The notes under the pieces: generated by a model
Seen by the model: the letters and a program-made list of their open reading frames with translations, nothing else
What the model was told of the DNA's origin: nothing
Databases searched by the model: none
Shown: positions 63,596 through 64,000 of the stretch, piece by piece
How the letters are laid out: each line of letters opens with the position of its first letter
How positions within the stretch are numbered: the stretch's first letter is position 1
Assembly: GCA_964388455.1 (NCBI GenBank)
Contig: CAYMAN010000002.1
Coordinates: 37,535-101,534 of the forward strand
Direction of reading: 5' to 3'
DNA length: 64,000 nt
DNA from: an uncultured Eubacteriales bacterium
GTDB lineage: Bacteria > Actinomycetota > Coriobacteriia > Anaerosomatales > JAAXUF01
Program-made: the position numbers and the translations under genes

Positions 63596-63633
63596 CAGTC
63601 CCATCCCTCTGGGGGTGGGGCTGTTCTGTTCTT
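63596..63633 (+). terminator. Second, near-identical terminator hairpin (part of the duplicated tRNA 3' segment)
   Basis: cagtcccatccc-tctg-ggggtggggctg followed by ttctgttctt. Confidence 0.6.
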
Positions 63634-63848
63634 GAGCGAGAAGCAGCGGAACGGGTACGAACCCAAGTAGCGCATCAATGGTGAAGGACCAGCGAGGCTC
63701 GCGGATGCGCAACGGACTATGCCGTTTTCATGGGCATGCCGAGGTGAGACATCTCTCCACCGCTCCGTTTCAGGCGGCTCGCACCACAGGGCAAGACCGC
63801 GCCACGTGGCCCGGGTCGCTCCCTACACTCTGTACGGGGGCAATCCTA

Positions 63849-64000
63849 GTGCTTGAAAACGTAAGCCCGAAGCCTGTGTTCGCCTTCTTCGAGGAACTGA
63901 CGAAGATTCCGAGATGCTCGGGCAATGAGAAGCAGGTAAGCGACTACCTGGTCGCCTTCGCCACAAAACGACGCCTTGAGGTCTCCCAAGAAGAAGCGCT
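63849..64000 (+). CDS. pepD: Aminoacyl-histidine dipeptidase (PepD-like), 5' end only; runs off the window
   Basis: Hand translation from the GTG: VLENVSPKPVFAFFEELTKIPRCSGNEKQVSDYLVAFATKRRLEVSQEEA, resembling the PepD N-terminus (..F.E...IPR.SG.E..). Not in the track because it is under 60 aa. Confidence 0.6.
   Translation, partial: MLENVSPKPVFAFFEELTKIPRCSGNEKQVSDYLVAFATKRRLEVSQEEA

Noticed and set aside
1-64000. Mobile elements, prophage or defense islands (integrase, transposase, restriction-modification, toxin-antitoxin pairs other than fic).
   Set aside because: No recognisable integrase, transposase, cas, RM or phage structural genes in any frame. Only the fic direct repeats and the tRNA-Leu partial duplication hint at past mobility, and those are reported separately.

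Overview
GC-rich chromosomal segment. Gene content looks like a monoderm, Actinomycetota-like genome (inference from the STPK-fhaA-fhaB-pstP-rodA/pbpA-pknB cluster, a CWB2 wall-binding protein and lipoprotein signal peptides). I support about 50 protein genes, 2 tRNAs and several hairpin terminators. I saw no rRNA, CRISPR array, transposase or integrase.

Gene order:
- Sulfur assimilation: cysN (5' partial), cysG, small sulfite-reductase-like gene.
- Secreted Met/Pro-repeat CWB2 wall protein, then a membrane-anchored 22-heme cytochrome c with its own System II maturation genes (ResB/CcsA-like).
- GNAT, then a sulfonate/nitrate-type ABC importer and an OpuC-type osmoprotectant ABC importer.
- DUF169, then an SbcD/SbcC(YhaO/YhaN)-like pair.
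- Tightly coupled minus-strand cbb3-type oxidase operon: ccoN, ccoO fused to four c-type domains, a hand-found ccoS, a stand-alone FixP_N-like anchor, a DsbD_2-like protein, ccoI.
- DEDDh exonuclease, an orphan ORF, hemerythrin, tRNA-Arg(CCT), yihY-like gene, glpK.
- A roughly 13 kb glycan cluster: BcsA-like synthase without PilZ, two GH26, GT39, GtrB-like GT2, GT2, flippase, CelD-like, GT4, CE4.
- The Ser/Thr signalling and cell-wall cluster, including an in-frame SEDS-bPBP fusion.
- A Fic gene flanked by a perfect 16-bp direct repeat.
- MarR, an RND pump with a large insertion, and a rhodanese.
- tRNA-Leu(CAG) with a duplicated 3' end plus terminator, and the pepD 5' end.

Most interesting candidates: the wall-protein/22-heme cytochrome module (possible electron conduit across a monoderm envelope), the rearranged cbb3 operon, the synthase-plus-GH26 glycan cluster, and the SEDS-PBP fusion.

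All functional calls come from motif recognition by eye. No database search was run.
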